Source: Candidatus Saccharimonadota bacterium (GTDB taxonomy: Bacteria; Patescibacteriota; Saccharimonadia; Saccharimonadales; AWTP1-31). From it: a DNA stretch of 64,000 nt. The notes below the pieces were generated by a model, which was not told the DNA's origin, did not search any database, and saw nothing but the letters and a program-made list of their open reading frames with translations. Positions 46,256 through 55,308 of the stretch are shown in pieces (positions within the stretch are counted from its first letter, which is position 1; every line of letters starts with the position of its first letter). Location: assembly GCA_052034955.1 (NCBI GenBank), contig JBPOHZ010000003.1, forward strand, positions 64,659-128,658, given 5' to 3'. Position numbers and translations under genes: made by a program.

Positions 46256-47527
46256 ATGAGCAACAATCAAAAAATTGAACCACCAAGGTTTAACGGGACT
46301 GATGCACAAAGGGATTCATTGATAAATGAATTGACCACTCGTGCTGTTGCTCAAATTTATCCATCTACCGACGCCTTAAATAAAGAGCTAAAAAGTGGTC
46401 GACGATTAACTATTTATTTTGGCGTCGACCCCACAGGTGAAGACCTGCATGTTGGCCATGAAAGCCAAATACTAAAACTGTCTATTTTGCATCGGTTGGG
46501 CCACCGCGTAATCTTGATGGTTGGTGATTTTACGGCAATGATCGGAGACCCAACCGACAAGAGCGCTCAAAGAGTAATTCTAACAAGAGAACAGGTTCTA
46601 AAAAACGCCGAGGGCTACAAACAACAAGCTGGTAAAATTCTTGACTTCGAAGATTCAGAAAACCCTGTCGAATTCCGCTACAACAGCGAGTGGCTAAGCA
46701 AGATGGACTTTGGTGACGTGCTAGAGCTAGCTAGTGAATTCACAGTCCAGCAAATGCTCGAACGCGACATGTTCGACAAGCGTATTAAGGCCGGTAAACC
46801 AGTAAGTATGGTGGAATTCTTGTACCCGTTAATGCAGGGCTACGACAGCGTGGCGCTGGACGTAGATGTAGAGGTTGGTGGATCGGACCAGATATTTAAT
46901 ATGCTAGCCGGGACAACGCTCATCAAACGTCACAAGGGCAAACAGAAATTTGTCATAGCTGGTCAGTTACTAGTTGATCCATCCGGCAAAAAGATTGGTA
47001 AAACAGAAGGCAACATGATCACCCTCAACGACACTCCACTGGATATGTTTCACAAGATCATGATGTGGGGCGATGCTATTACTCCTCATGCTCTAGAGCT
47101 TTGTTCTAAGCTGTCTATGGATGAAGTCCAGGATGTCGCTAGTAAAATTGAATCCGGTGAGCTTAGCGGCCTAGACGGAAAGATGTTCCTGGCCCGAACT
47201 ATCGTTACCGATTTGCATGGCGAAGAGGCAGCTAAAAAGGCAGAGGCAGAATACGGTTCGCTAACAGGTGCCGACCAAGAGATAGATGTTAATTCTCTTC
47301 AGGTAGCTAACGTCACTCCAGACGACAGCTTGATCGAAATACTAGTTAGTTCCGAGTTGGCACCATCTAATTCCCAGGCCCGACGTCTAATAGAAGGCAA
47401 TGCCGTGCGTATTAACGGTCAAACAGTGGGCGAAGACTGGCACTTTGCTGATGCCGCAGAACCGGTTGTTCTGCAGGTTGGTAAGAAGAAGATCGAAAAC
47501 CACCGTCTACTAAAACTCAAAGGCTAG
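46256..47527 (+). CDS. tyrS: Tyrosine--tRNA ligase
   Basis: HVGH (DLHVGHES), a KMSKS-like KKIGKT, and the C-terminal S4 domain (SNSQARRLIEGNAVRING). ATG 46256 lies behind AGGAG. Confidence 0.9.
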   Translation: MSNNQKIEPPRFNGTDAQRDSLINELTTRAVAQIYPSTDALNKELKSGRRLTIYFGVDPTGEDLHVGHESQILKLSILHRLGHRVILMVGDFTAMIGDPTDKSAQRVILTREQVLKNAEGYKQQAGKILDFEDSENPVEFRYNSEWLSKMDFGDVLELASEFTVQQMLERDMFDKRIKAGKPVSMVEFLYPLMQGYDSVALDVDVEVGGSDQIFNMLAGTTLIKRHKGKQKFVIAGQLLVDPSGKKIGKTEGNMITLNDTPLDMFHKIMMWGDAITPHALELCSKLSMDEVQDVASKIESGELSGLDGKMFLARTIVTDLHGEEAAKKAEAEYGSLTGADQEIDVNSLQVANVTPDDSLIEILVSSELAPSNSQARRLIEGNAVRINGQTVGEDWHFADAAEPVVLQVGKKKIENHRLLKLKG

Positions 47528-47952
47528 TTAACGGCGTCAAACTCGAAAGTGCTATTACTCGAACGATCGGTCTGTGAGTTTTCATCACAGAGAATATCTT
47601 CGATGATCTCATGGATCTCGCTGGGTGTATGGTGAGCCTTAACTAAGTATTTATCGAAATCAAATAGGTGCAAGCGCCACGGAGCAAAGGCGCGGTTAAT
47701 GTTGGCAGCAATTACTACCTTCATGTCTTTGCCCCAATCGTTGCTTCTGATCTCTTCCAGTATCTCATCGCCGTTCATGTGTGGCAGTCGTAGGTCCAGC
47801 AAAACTAGGTCCGGCTTTTTTTCTTTCAGCAGCTTTAATCCGGTTGGCCCAGTATGTGCAACATCAACGTCAAAGCCCTCGTTTTGGAGCTTAAACTTGT
47901 ACATCCGAGCAATGGATTTATCATCTTCAATTATGGTTATCTTTTTACGCAC
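47524..47952 (-). CDS. Single-domain response regulator (receiver only)
   Basis: GTG start. IIEDD, VLLDLRLPHMNG and LVKAHHTP motifs. Paralogue of 48590-48970. Confidence 0.85.
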   Translation of the reverse strand: MRKKITIIEDDKSIARMYKFKLQNEGFDVDVAHTGPTGLKLLKEKKPDLVLLDLRLPHMNGDEILEEIRSNDWGKDMKVVIAANINRAFAPWRLHLFDFDKYLVKAHHTPSEIHEIIEDILCDENSQTDRSSNSTFEFDAVN

Positions 47953-48095
47953 GAAATTACAGTCTACGTAAATTCAGCAAACAATTCAACACCTAAATGA
48001 AGACAAATTTACACTACGCTAAACCTGGTGTCAGACGTTTAATTTCTTTCGTATTGCATCGGTAAATGCCTTTTCTTCGGACTCGCTCATTAGCT

Positions 48096-48572
48096 TTATA
48101 TCAAGTTTAGACGCAAGCTCCTCAAGCTTAATGGTGCCTTGGTTGTGTCGCTTTCCGATTCAACATCCATATCTAGTTCAATATGAAACCCCCAGTTTTG
48201 ACTCCATTTAAGAGCAACTTCTACACCGTCTATTTTATAGTCATGACGTTTTTGTATAGTTTTGACTTGTTTGAAGTTAGTCTGCAAACGATCCAATAAT
48301 TGCTTTGCTTGCTCAGCGTCATTAATAGAAAAGGGAAGTTCAATTTCTTCACGGGCCGAGGCTCCATTAAAGCCACCGGACTTCCAGGCTATCTTGGCGT
48401 CGCCCTTACTTGTTCGTATCTGCAACTTTAATTGGTAGTCATCGTGGATATAAAAAACCGACACGGTATTATTTTCGCCAAGGTCCTCGGCGCCTATGTC
48501 TGACAGCACTTTCTTAACTCTATTGAGTTCGTCCTCTATAACAATTGATTTCTTTTCGACTTCTATAGACAT
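48096..48572 (-). CDS. CYTH-like protein (ExExK N-terminus); C-terminus apparently frameshifted
   Basis: MSIEVEKK signature. The natural-looking C-terminal continuation lies in another frame down to TGA 48031-48033 (see findings). Confidence 0.6.
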   Translation of the reverse strand: MSIEVEKKSIVIEDELNRVKKVLSDIGAEDLGENNTVSVFYIHDDYQLKLQIRTSKGDAKIAWKSGGFNGASAREEIELPFSINDAEQAKQLLDRLQTNFKQVKTIQKRHDYKIDGVEVALKWSQNWGFHIELDMDVESESDTTKAPLSLRSLRLNLI

Positions 48573-48589
48573 AGAATAATATTAACAGG

Positions 48590-48970
48590 CTATTTTAATA
48601 TTTCGTTAATTATCTCTAGCACCTGCGCCGGGGTGTGGTGAGCTTTAACTATGTAGCGGTCGACATTGAGTAGTCCAAGGCTCCTTGGAGCTTCGTCGCG
48701 GCTGATGTTGGTAAGCACTATGACTCTAATGTTGGCGCCCCAATCGGTTTGGCGGAGCTTCTCTAGCATTTCATCACCGGTCATAATCGGCATTCTAAGG
48801 TCTAGCAAGATCAGATCAGGTTTTGCATACTCGATAACCTGAAGGCCTTGAACCCCATCATGGGCCAGGCTAATCTTGAAGCCAGCAGACTCAAGCTTGA
48901 GCTTGTACATCCGGGCTATTGGAAGGTCGTCTTCGACAACAACTATTCTATTTTTTGGCATTGCTGACAT
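48590..48970 (-). CDS. Single-domain response regulator (receiver only)
   Basis: VVEDD, ILLDLRMPIMTG and IVKAHHTP motifs. It overlaps the speE 3' end. Confidence 0.85.
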   Translation of the reverse strand: MSAMPKNRIVVVEDDLPIARMYKLKLESAGFKISLAHDGVQGLQVIEYAKPDLILLDLRMPIMTGDEMLEKLRQTDWGANIRVIVLTNISRDEAPRSLGLLNVDRYIVKAHHTPAQVLEIINEILK

Positions 48971-49856
48971 ATTGTCCTATATCTAACTGGTTAATCAAAT
49001 AGGGAGGCAATACGCTTGATGCCCAAACTATGTCTTTAGACAGATATTTCAAATTATTCTTGAAGTTTTGGTCGTAGTTATTGGACGCCCGGGTGGCAGA
49101 AAAATCTTTCGAATCCGAGGCGTACAAAAATCCGAATATGCTAAATTGGTAGGTCGGAATCGAAGCGATATGTATGTTCACGTTAGAAAATATATTCTTG
49201 AGGCGCCCTGCAATTATGGCTGCTTCCTCGGGTTGGAACATTAACGAACCACAGTGGGTGGCAACCACACCATTGTCTGTTAATAGGGCCTTCACGTCTT
49301 TGTAAAACTCTTCACCAAACAAAGCTTCGGCCGGACTGTCCGGGATTGGATCGGTTAGATCTAGAGAGATAACGTCAAATTTCTGACCACAGTTCTTTAC
49401 ATATTCCAGGCCATCGGCAATAACTACCTCTACTCGTGGGTCATCAAGACTACCATCGGAAACCTTGGGTAGGTATTTAAGACAAACGTCCATGACGCTA
49501 CGGTCTATCTCTACAAGCGTTACCTTTTTAACCGAAGGAATTTGCAGGGCCATCTTTACGGCGCCCCCATCTCCTCCTCCGATTATTAGGATGTTCTCGG
49601 GATTGCCATGATATAAACCGGGAAGTCCTACCATCATTTCGTGGTAAATAAACTCATCGCTTTCCGAAACCTGAACAATGCCGTCGATCGTTAGTAGTCT
49701 TCCAAAATAAAGAGTGTCAAAGACTTCGATATGTCCAAACTCATTCTTTTCATCATAAATTTTCTTGGTGTAGGCGATTGATATTTTTACTTCCGAAGAT
49801 GAGTGGGGAAGTATGGCTTCGGTAAACCATTGTACAGTTGGGGTGTTATTTGACAT
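48948..49856 (-). CDS. speE: Spermidine synthase (polyamine aminopropyltransferase)
   Basis: LIIGGGDGGAV and ISLDLTDP motifs, with a typical tetramerisation N-terminus. Confidence 0.88.
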   Translation of the reverse strand: MSNNTPTVQWFTEAILPHSSSEVKISIAYTKKIYDEKNEFGHIEVFDTLYFGRLLTIDGIVQVSESDEFIYHEMMVGLPGLYHGNPENILIIGGGDGGAVKMALQIPSVKKVTLVEIDRSVMDVCLKYLPKVSDGSLDDPRVEVVIADGLEYVKNCGQKFDVISLDLTDPIPDSPAEALFGEEFYKDVKALLTDNGVVATHCGSLMFQPEEAAIIAGRLKNIFSNVNIHIASIPTYQFSIFGFLYASDSKDFSATRASNNYDQNFKNNLKYLSKDIVWASSVLPPYLINQLDIGQYVSNAKK

Positions 49857-50220
49857 TTATGTCTCCTCTTTCGATTTGGCGAACTTTTGCTTTAGTGGGC
49901 TTTAGAACTTCTACAATATGATCAATGGCAGCCTCCGGGGAAACTGTTTGGCCACAGGTAAATACATCTATGGCAACATAGCCATGTTCTGGCCATGAAT
50001 GGATAGATATGTGTGATTCAGAGAGTAGCAATACTGCTGTGATGCCAGCCGGCTGAAACTCATGATAAGTGCTTTCTAGGCTGGTAGCGCCGGCGATGTC
50101 GGCAGCTTTCTTTAGCAATGCAACGATAGTTTTGCCGTCATTAGGGATGTCTTTTACTCCCCACATATCACAAACCAGGTGCCTGCCAAGGTTTACGTTC
50201 TTTGTTGCTCTAATATTCAT
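49846..50220 (-). CDS. speH: S-adenosylmethionine decarboxylase proenzyme (pyruvoyl, SpeH type)
   Basis: LLSESHISIHSWPE contains the E|S self-processing site. ATG 50220 is preferred over the longer ORF. Confidence 0.85.
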   Translation of the reverse strand: MNIRATKNVNLGRHLVCDMWGVKDIPNDGKTIVALLKKAADIAGATSLESTYHEFQPAGITAVLLLSESHISIHSWPEHGYVAIDVFTCGQTVSPEAAIDHIVEVLKPTKAKVRQIERGDINVK

Positions 50221-50307
50221 TTTTGTCCTTATATAAAAAATACGCACGAAAATCATTGTGATCCCGTGCGCTCTGTAAATCTAAAAAAGTACCTAAGGCC
50301 AATACTA

Positions 50308-51324
50308 TTACTTATTAGCTTTCTCGTCAATTGCGTCGGTTTTGGTTCTGCGTCCAGTTAATTTATTCTTTAGTGCTTTGTAGCCATTTAGGATGCCGTA
50401 TATTCCAACCGAAAAGCCGGCACCTGCGGATGTAGACTGAATTGGGTTATCGAGTATGTAGTCGAAAGCCTCTCGAGCAACACCGTTAAGTTGCTTGAAT
50501 GGAGGAATGGGTGTCAGCCACATACCTACGGCTGCCCCAAAGGTCAAGCTTTGTGCCTTTATACGCGCTGGGGTGGATTCTAGACCATGGGTATGGTTCA
50601 CCTCTACCGTAGCTGCGGCACCTTGCCAAGAAGCAGACGCCAGAACAGAGATTTCTTTGTATACCGCGTTCATTAGCCGAGCGGTAGCCTTAATGACTTG
50701 CTTAGCCTTGGAGGACTTAGCGTCTTCTGCAGCTTCTGACTTGCCACTTACGGCCTCAATTACCTCACCAAAAGATGTCCGTATGTTTTTGCCGGCAACC
50801 AGTTCCTCGCCTGACTTCTTGATCCTGTTTGCTGCCCACTTGCTCTGTTTGTTTTCTAGTAGGGCAACACTTCCGGCAACGGCTGCAGCTGTAGCCCATC
50901 TATTTGTGCCAAATGTTTGGATTGCTGCTTCGCCCCCTGTTATTCCTGCTGCCCATTCTAGGTTTGCAGACTGTCGGACAATAGTGAAGCCGACAAATCG
51001 CCTTAGCGCGTTAACTCGGTCTTGTCTTTTTGTGTCGTCGTTGTCGGGTGATATTTCGGATGTGCCTTTTTGTGGCGTAGCAACGGCATCAAAAGTAGGG
51101 GATGGAATCTCTTCCAGTTCGGCCTCCTCGGATATCGGATCGAGGCTTGCAAGTGCAACAGCAAGAATGTCTAGCATAAACGTCTCTTCCTGTTCGGCTA
51201 CTGGCTCTTCGCTAGCAAGTGCACCGGCGAGAGTATCAGGAATAAACGTCTCTTCAACGTTGCTCTTGGGCTCTGAAAACTCAGCACCAGGGTTAATCAT
51301 CATACTATAATACACTAAAATCAT
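50308..51324 (-). CDS. Hypothetical protein with acidic 22-aa tandem repeat and Gly/Ala-rich hydrophobic C-terminal half
   Basis: 338-aa ORF. EETFIPDTLAGALASEEPVAEQ / EETFMLDILAVALASLDPISEE repeat. The start may be ATG 51303. Confidence 0.6.
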   Translation of the reverse strand: MILVYYSMMINPGAEFSEPKSNVEETFIPDTLAGALASEEPVAEQEETFMLDILAVALASLDPISEEAELEEIPSPTFDAVATPQKGTSEISPDNDDTKRQDRVNALRRFVGFTIVRQSANLEWAAGITGGEAAIQTFGTNRWATAAAVAGSVALLENKQSKWAANRIKKSGEELVAGKNIRTSFGEVIEAVSGKSEAAEDAKSSKAKQVIKATARLMNAVYKEISVLASASWQGAAATVEVNHTHGLESTPARIKAQSLTFGAAVGMWLTPIPPFKQLNGVAREAFDYILDNPIQSTSAGAGFSVGIYGILNGYKALKNKLTGRRTKTDAIDEKANK

Positions 51325-51387
51325 GTAAAAGTCAATATTCGCACATGCATGGTTGCGTTTGAAGAAAAGTTGTGTATATTACTTAAT

Positions 51388-51783
51388 ATGTTACTTATAG
51401 AAACATTCCTAGCCGAAAGCCCGATTGCCGGCATAGGGCTTTTTGCAGGCCAGAGAGTTGAGAAAGGTCAAGTTCTATGGCGTTTCGTGCCTGGCTTTGA
51501 CAATCTTATGACTGTTGAGTTCGTTAAGGGTCTACCAGATATGAACCAGGAATTTATAAGGGATAATGCTTCATTAATACCTCAAATGGGCGCATACCTA
51601 ATGTGCGGCGATAACGACCGTTTTACAAATCATAGCAATGATCCCAACAGACAGTTTGTCTACGAAAGCCCCACTGATATTTACGAAGTAGCCACCAGAG
51701 AAATAAATCCTGGGGACGAACTCACTAACGATTACAGTGAATTTGATGACAACTTTGCGGATTACGCAGCAGATTTCCGCTAG
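51388..51783 (+). CDS. SET-domain protein (putative protein-lysine methyltransferase)
   Basis: SPIAGIGLFA, FTNHSNDPN (NHS motif) and GDELTNDY (post-SET-like ELxxDY). An alternative ATG lies at 51349. Confidence 0.75.
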   Translation: MLLIETFLAESPIAGIGLFAGQRVEKGQVLWRFVPGFDNLMTVEFVKGLPDMNQEFIRDNASLIPQMGAYLMCGDNDRFTNHSNDPNRQFVYESPTDIYEVATREINPGDELTNDYSEFDDNFADYAADFR

Positions 51784-51861
51784 AATTCGTTGACATATTG
51801 ACGAATATGTAGTAGTATTGCATTAGATCAATTTGATCTCGCACACTTTTAGATTAATCTA

Positions 51862-51901
51862 GGACACCGAAAAGCATCTATGCCTCTCGGTGTCCTTTTT
51901 T
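51862..51901 (+). terminator. Intrinsic terminator (9-bp stem GGACACCGA/TCGGTGTCC + T6)
   Basis: Read directly. It lies 20 nt upstream of the ATG at 51921. Confidence 0.65.
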
Positions 51902-51920
51902 ATATATAAGGAATAACGCA

Positions 51921-52826
51921 ATGGCATTAATCGAGAGACTTGGAGAATACCTACCACCCGTCCACCAAGACGACAGGTTGAACCCTTACGCCCTAGAACT
52001 TGATTCCCCGGAAGTCTTAGGTGCTACGATGCATTTAGTTACTACCGAAAAACCCTTTATAGATCAGACAACAAATCCTGATATTGCGGCGGAAGGAAGA
52101 GTTTTCTCGGTTTACTTTATTGGATCGGACCATACAGATTCAATAATTTCTAAATCGCTTGAAGGGGCAATCTATAGAAAGTGGGAGTATAGTGCTGAGC
52201 AGACTAGAGATGACACCTTACAATATGAAGGTAACTCTTCATTCTTTGTAGTAGTTGATATGACAGATCCATACGTTCCTAAGCCTGCAGCTTCGCTCAG
52301 AATAGCGGACTGTCTCAAAGGAAGTTCTGCAACGATAGAATATTTTAACGAGAAAAACAACGATGGATACAGTCTACCATCAGAACTAATGGTATCTGAG
52401 AAGGACCTAAAGGATCAATTATGGGATATCGTTGGTGTTATGGCGGCGCCAGAATACAGAGATGGAACAGTCTCAGTTTGGGCTTATCACGCTTTGTATA
52501 AGAAGAGCCTTGAGCTTGGTGTAGGCAGATGGATATCAAGTATTGTAGATAAAGAGATTGGTAACTTGCACGCACTAGGAATCCCCTTTAGGGAAATAAA
52601 GGATGTTCCTAAGGCATTGCTGTACTTAAAGCGAGCCAATGAACAGTTGGCATTTGGATTTTATACTGCAGATGTTTCAGAAATACATGATGAAGTCAGT
52701 AATCAAATAAGTGAATTAGAGGCTATTGAAGACGAATCGGGTGGATTTAGAAAAATTGCAAATATTGCAAGATTAGCACTGAATGGTACAACAGCTCAGG
52801 TTCCTGCGGTTGTTAATATAGCTTAA
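51921..52826 (+). CDS. Hypothetical cytoplasmic protein (weak resemblance to GNAT-fold N-acyl synthases)
   Basis: 301-aa ORF behind AAGGAA. The family suggestion rests only on the spacing of IYRKWEY...FFVVVD...ASLRIAD and is not verified. Confidence 0.55.
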   Translation: MALIERLGEYLPPVHQDDRLNPYALELDSPEVLGATMHLVTTEKPFIDQTTNPDIAAEGRVFSVYFIGSDHTDSIISKSLEGAIYRKWEYSAEQTRDDTLQYEGNSSFFVVVDMTDPYVPKPAASLRIADCLKGSSATIEYFNEKNNDGYSLPSELMVSEKDLKDQLWDIVGVMAAPEYRDGTVSVWAYHALYKKSLELGVGRWISSIVDKEIGNLHALGIPFREIKDVPKALLYLKRANEQLAFGFYTADVSEIHDEVSNQISELEAIEDESGGFRKIANIARLALNGTTAQVPAVVNIA

Positions 52827-52867
52827 CTTTTACTAGATCACTGTTATACGTTAGAATTAACGTAAGC

Positions 52868-55066
52868 ATGTCACTTATAGAATTAGCCTCATTGTTTCTT
52901 AGCATCTGCATCCTTGTAATAGGAGCATCCGTATACTTAAGAAATAGGAAACAGCTTGTTAATAAAGTGTTTATTTCTTTCGCTTTGATATGTTCATTAT
53001 GGGGCATATCTTACGCAAATATCGAGCAATTCGACAATCTTGGAGTAGTAAGATTCATAAACTCTTTCACGTTCGCAATAAGCGTAATACTCGTTTATAC
53101 TGCCACGTTCTTCACTTATGTTTTTCCCGTAAGAAAAAGCTATAGATCATTTTTATTTGCGTTACCACTCCTATTCGTTTCTGTTGTACTTAGCTTCACT
53201 ACATCGATATCGGGCGAGGTAATAAGATTAGGGGGTGACCCTGTAATGTACCAGTATAGTGCTGGCTCACTATCTATACTCTACATCTTTACAATGCTTT
53301 ACGCTGTCATCTTAATTGCCAGAAATCTGTTCGTTGGTACACGAGGATATTCGACGCAAGAAAGAGCACAGGCGAAGATAATTGCGACGGGCTTTGTATC
53401 TAGTGCGATTATCGGAATATTAATTGCGAATGTTTTACCGAGTCTTATTGGAGTTCAGCAGGTTGATCTGTTCGCTCCTTTCTCGTTGATACTTCTAGTA
53501 GGATTTACAGCCTATGCGATAGTCAAGCACAAACTGTTCGATATTCGCCTGATTGTAGCCAGGTCTCTGGGGTACATTCTTACCCTTGGAACACTGGTAG
53601 GGGTGTATGTGCTGACAATCTTTGGCCTGTCGAGTACGGTTTTGGGTACCGGCGAGCTAACTGGTGTTCAGCAGGCGCTGTATATTGTTGCTACTTTGAT
53701 TTTTGGGTTTAGCCTGCAGCCACTCAAGAAGTTCTTTGATAGGCTTACTAACAGATTATTCTACCGCGATGCCTATGATGCGCAGGAGCTGTTAGACAAG
53801 CTCAACAAGGTGTTGGTGGGCAATATCGATCTTGATGTGCTGCTCAAGGAGACCGCCGACTTGATTGCAGTTACACTTAAGGCCGAATTCGCGGCATTTA
53901 TTATCCGTGAAACTCCTGGTACATCCCGCCGGGCTAGTTTTTCTAGGATTGTACAGATTGATACAGATGCGATATTAGGTATTCACAAGAACAAGAATAA
54001 GGGCAGAACAGAGCTGATTGTGGCCGACGACATCGATGATGAGCGGGATAAGACCAAGGACTTGCTGACCACAAACAATATATCGATTGCGGCCCGGATG
54101 GTGGCAACTGGCGAGACCACCAAAGATCAGGGCTACCTGTTATTGGGAGCCAAACAGAGTGGTAACCCTTATAACAAGCAGGATATACAGGTTTTGGATA
54201 TTATTGCCAACGAGCTGGTGATTGCCATCCAAAACGCAGTAAGGTTTGAGGAGATCGAGACCTTTAACATCACCTTGCAACAAAAGGTTAACGAAGCTAC
54301 CAAACAACTTCGGCAAACTAACGATAAGCTAAAGGCTTTGGACGAGACCAAGGACGAGTTTATCAGTATGGCTTCCCATCAGTTGCGTACTCCGTTAACC
54401 GCCGTAAAGGGTTATGTGAGCATGGTCGTAGAGGGCGATGCCGGAAAGCTCAATAAGCAGCAAAAAGAGCTGCTCGATCAGGCCTTTGCTAGCTCGCAGC
54501 GCATGGTTTACCTGATCGCAGACCTTTTGAACGTCTCTAGGCTTAGAAGTGGCAAGTTTGTGATCGAGAACAAGCCAACTCAGCTTGCAGATGTCGTAGA
54601 GTCCGAAATGGAGCAATTAACAGAGGTGGCCAAGAGCAAAGACCAGACATTGACCTACAAGAAACCGGACAATTTCCCGGCCCTGATGATGGACGAAACC
54701 AAGATTCGACAGGTTATTATGAACTTTGCCGATAATGCTCTGCACTACACCCAGAATGGCGGTCATATCCAGATAAATCTAGAAGATAAAGGAAGTACCA
54801 TCGAATATACAGTGGTAGACGATGGCCTGGGCGTTCCAAAAGCCGAGCAGCACCATATGTTTACCAAGTTCTACCGTGCCGGTAATGCCAAAAAGGCTCG
54901 ACCAGATGGAACCGGGCTTGGACTATTTATGGCCAAGAAGGTTATTGCCGCCCAGGGCGGTGCGATCATCTTTAAGAGCGAAGAGGGCAAAGGTAGTACT
55001 TTTGGATTCATCTTCCCTAAAGCCAAAATGCTAGCGCCTAAGCAAAGCACAGCCGTTAAGAAGTAG
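52868..55066 (+). CDS. Sensor histidine kinase (multi-TM N-terminal sensor, GAF-like region, HisKA, HATPase_c)
   Basis: About 9 TM helices. H-box SHQLRTPLTAVKGY, N-box NFADNALHYT, and G-boxes DDGLGV and GTGLGLFMAK. Confidence 0.9.
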   Translation: MSLIELASLFLSICILVIGASVYLRNRKQLVNKVFISFALICSLWGISYANIEQFDNLGVVRFINSFTFAISVILVYTATFFTYVFPVRKSYRSFLFALPLLFVSVVLSFTTSISGEVIRLGGDPVMYQYSAGSLSILYIFTMLYAVILIARNLFVGTRGYSTQERAQAKIIATGFVSSAIIGILIANVLPSLIGVQQVDLFAPFSLILLVGFTAYAIVKHKLFDIRLIVARSLGYILTLGTLVGVYVLTIFGLSSTVLGTGELTGVQQALYIVATLIFGFSLQPLKKFFDRLTNRLFYRDAYDAQELLDKLNKVLVGNIDLDVLLKETADLIAVTLKAEFAAFIIRETPGTSRRASFSRIVQIDTDAILGIHKNKNKGRTELIVADDIDDERDKTKDLLTTNNISIAARMVATGETTKDQGYLLLGAKQSGNPYNKQDIQVLDIIANELVIAIQNAVRFEEIETFNITLQQKVNEATKQLRQTNDKLKALDETKDEFISMASHQLRTPLTAVKGYVSMVVEGDAGKLNKQQKELLDQAFASSQRMVYLIADLLNVSRLRSGKFVIENKPTQLADVVESEMEQLTEVAKSKDQTLTYKKPDNFPALMMDETKIRQVIMNFADNALHYTQNGGHIQINLEDKGSTIEYTVVDDGLGVPKAEQHHMFTKFYRAGNAKKARPDGTGLGLFMAKKVIAAQGGAIIFKSEEGKGSTFGFIFPKAKMLAPKQSTAVKK

Positions 55067-55206
55067 CTCAAAATATAAGTTTTCTTACAGTGGTTTAATT
55101 GCCTCAAAGCTATACTCTACGAAGTTATCCAGCAGTTTGGTGCTCAAGCTTAGTTTACAGGGGATACAAAAAGCTTGTGCTTTGGCCCTGTTTATTATAA
55201 AAAGTA

Positions 55207-55235
55207 TTGACATAAACGTACTCTTATGGTAATAT
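55207..55235 (+). promoter_or_regulatory. Near-consensus sigma-70-type promoter TTGACA-17-TAATAT with TGG extended -10
   Basis: Read directly. It lies 74 nt upstream of the ATG at 55309. Confidence 0.6.
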
Positions 55236-55308
55236 GGAGACTATTCACAGAGAGGTGGATGAAAAGAGCAGATAAGCTGCTTATAAATCAATCGTTAAGG
55301 AGAAATAT

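Noticed and set aside
50495-51310. 271-codon plus-strand ORF antisense to 50308-51324
   Set aside because: It is a low-complexity Ala/Ser shadow frame of a Gly/Ala-rich gene. It has no ribosome-binding site and overlaps the repeat region.
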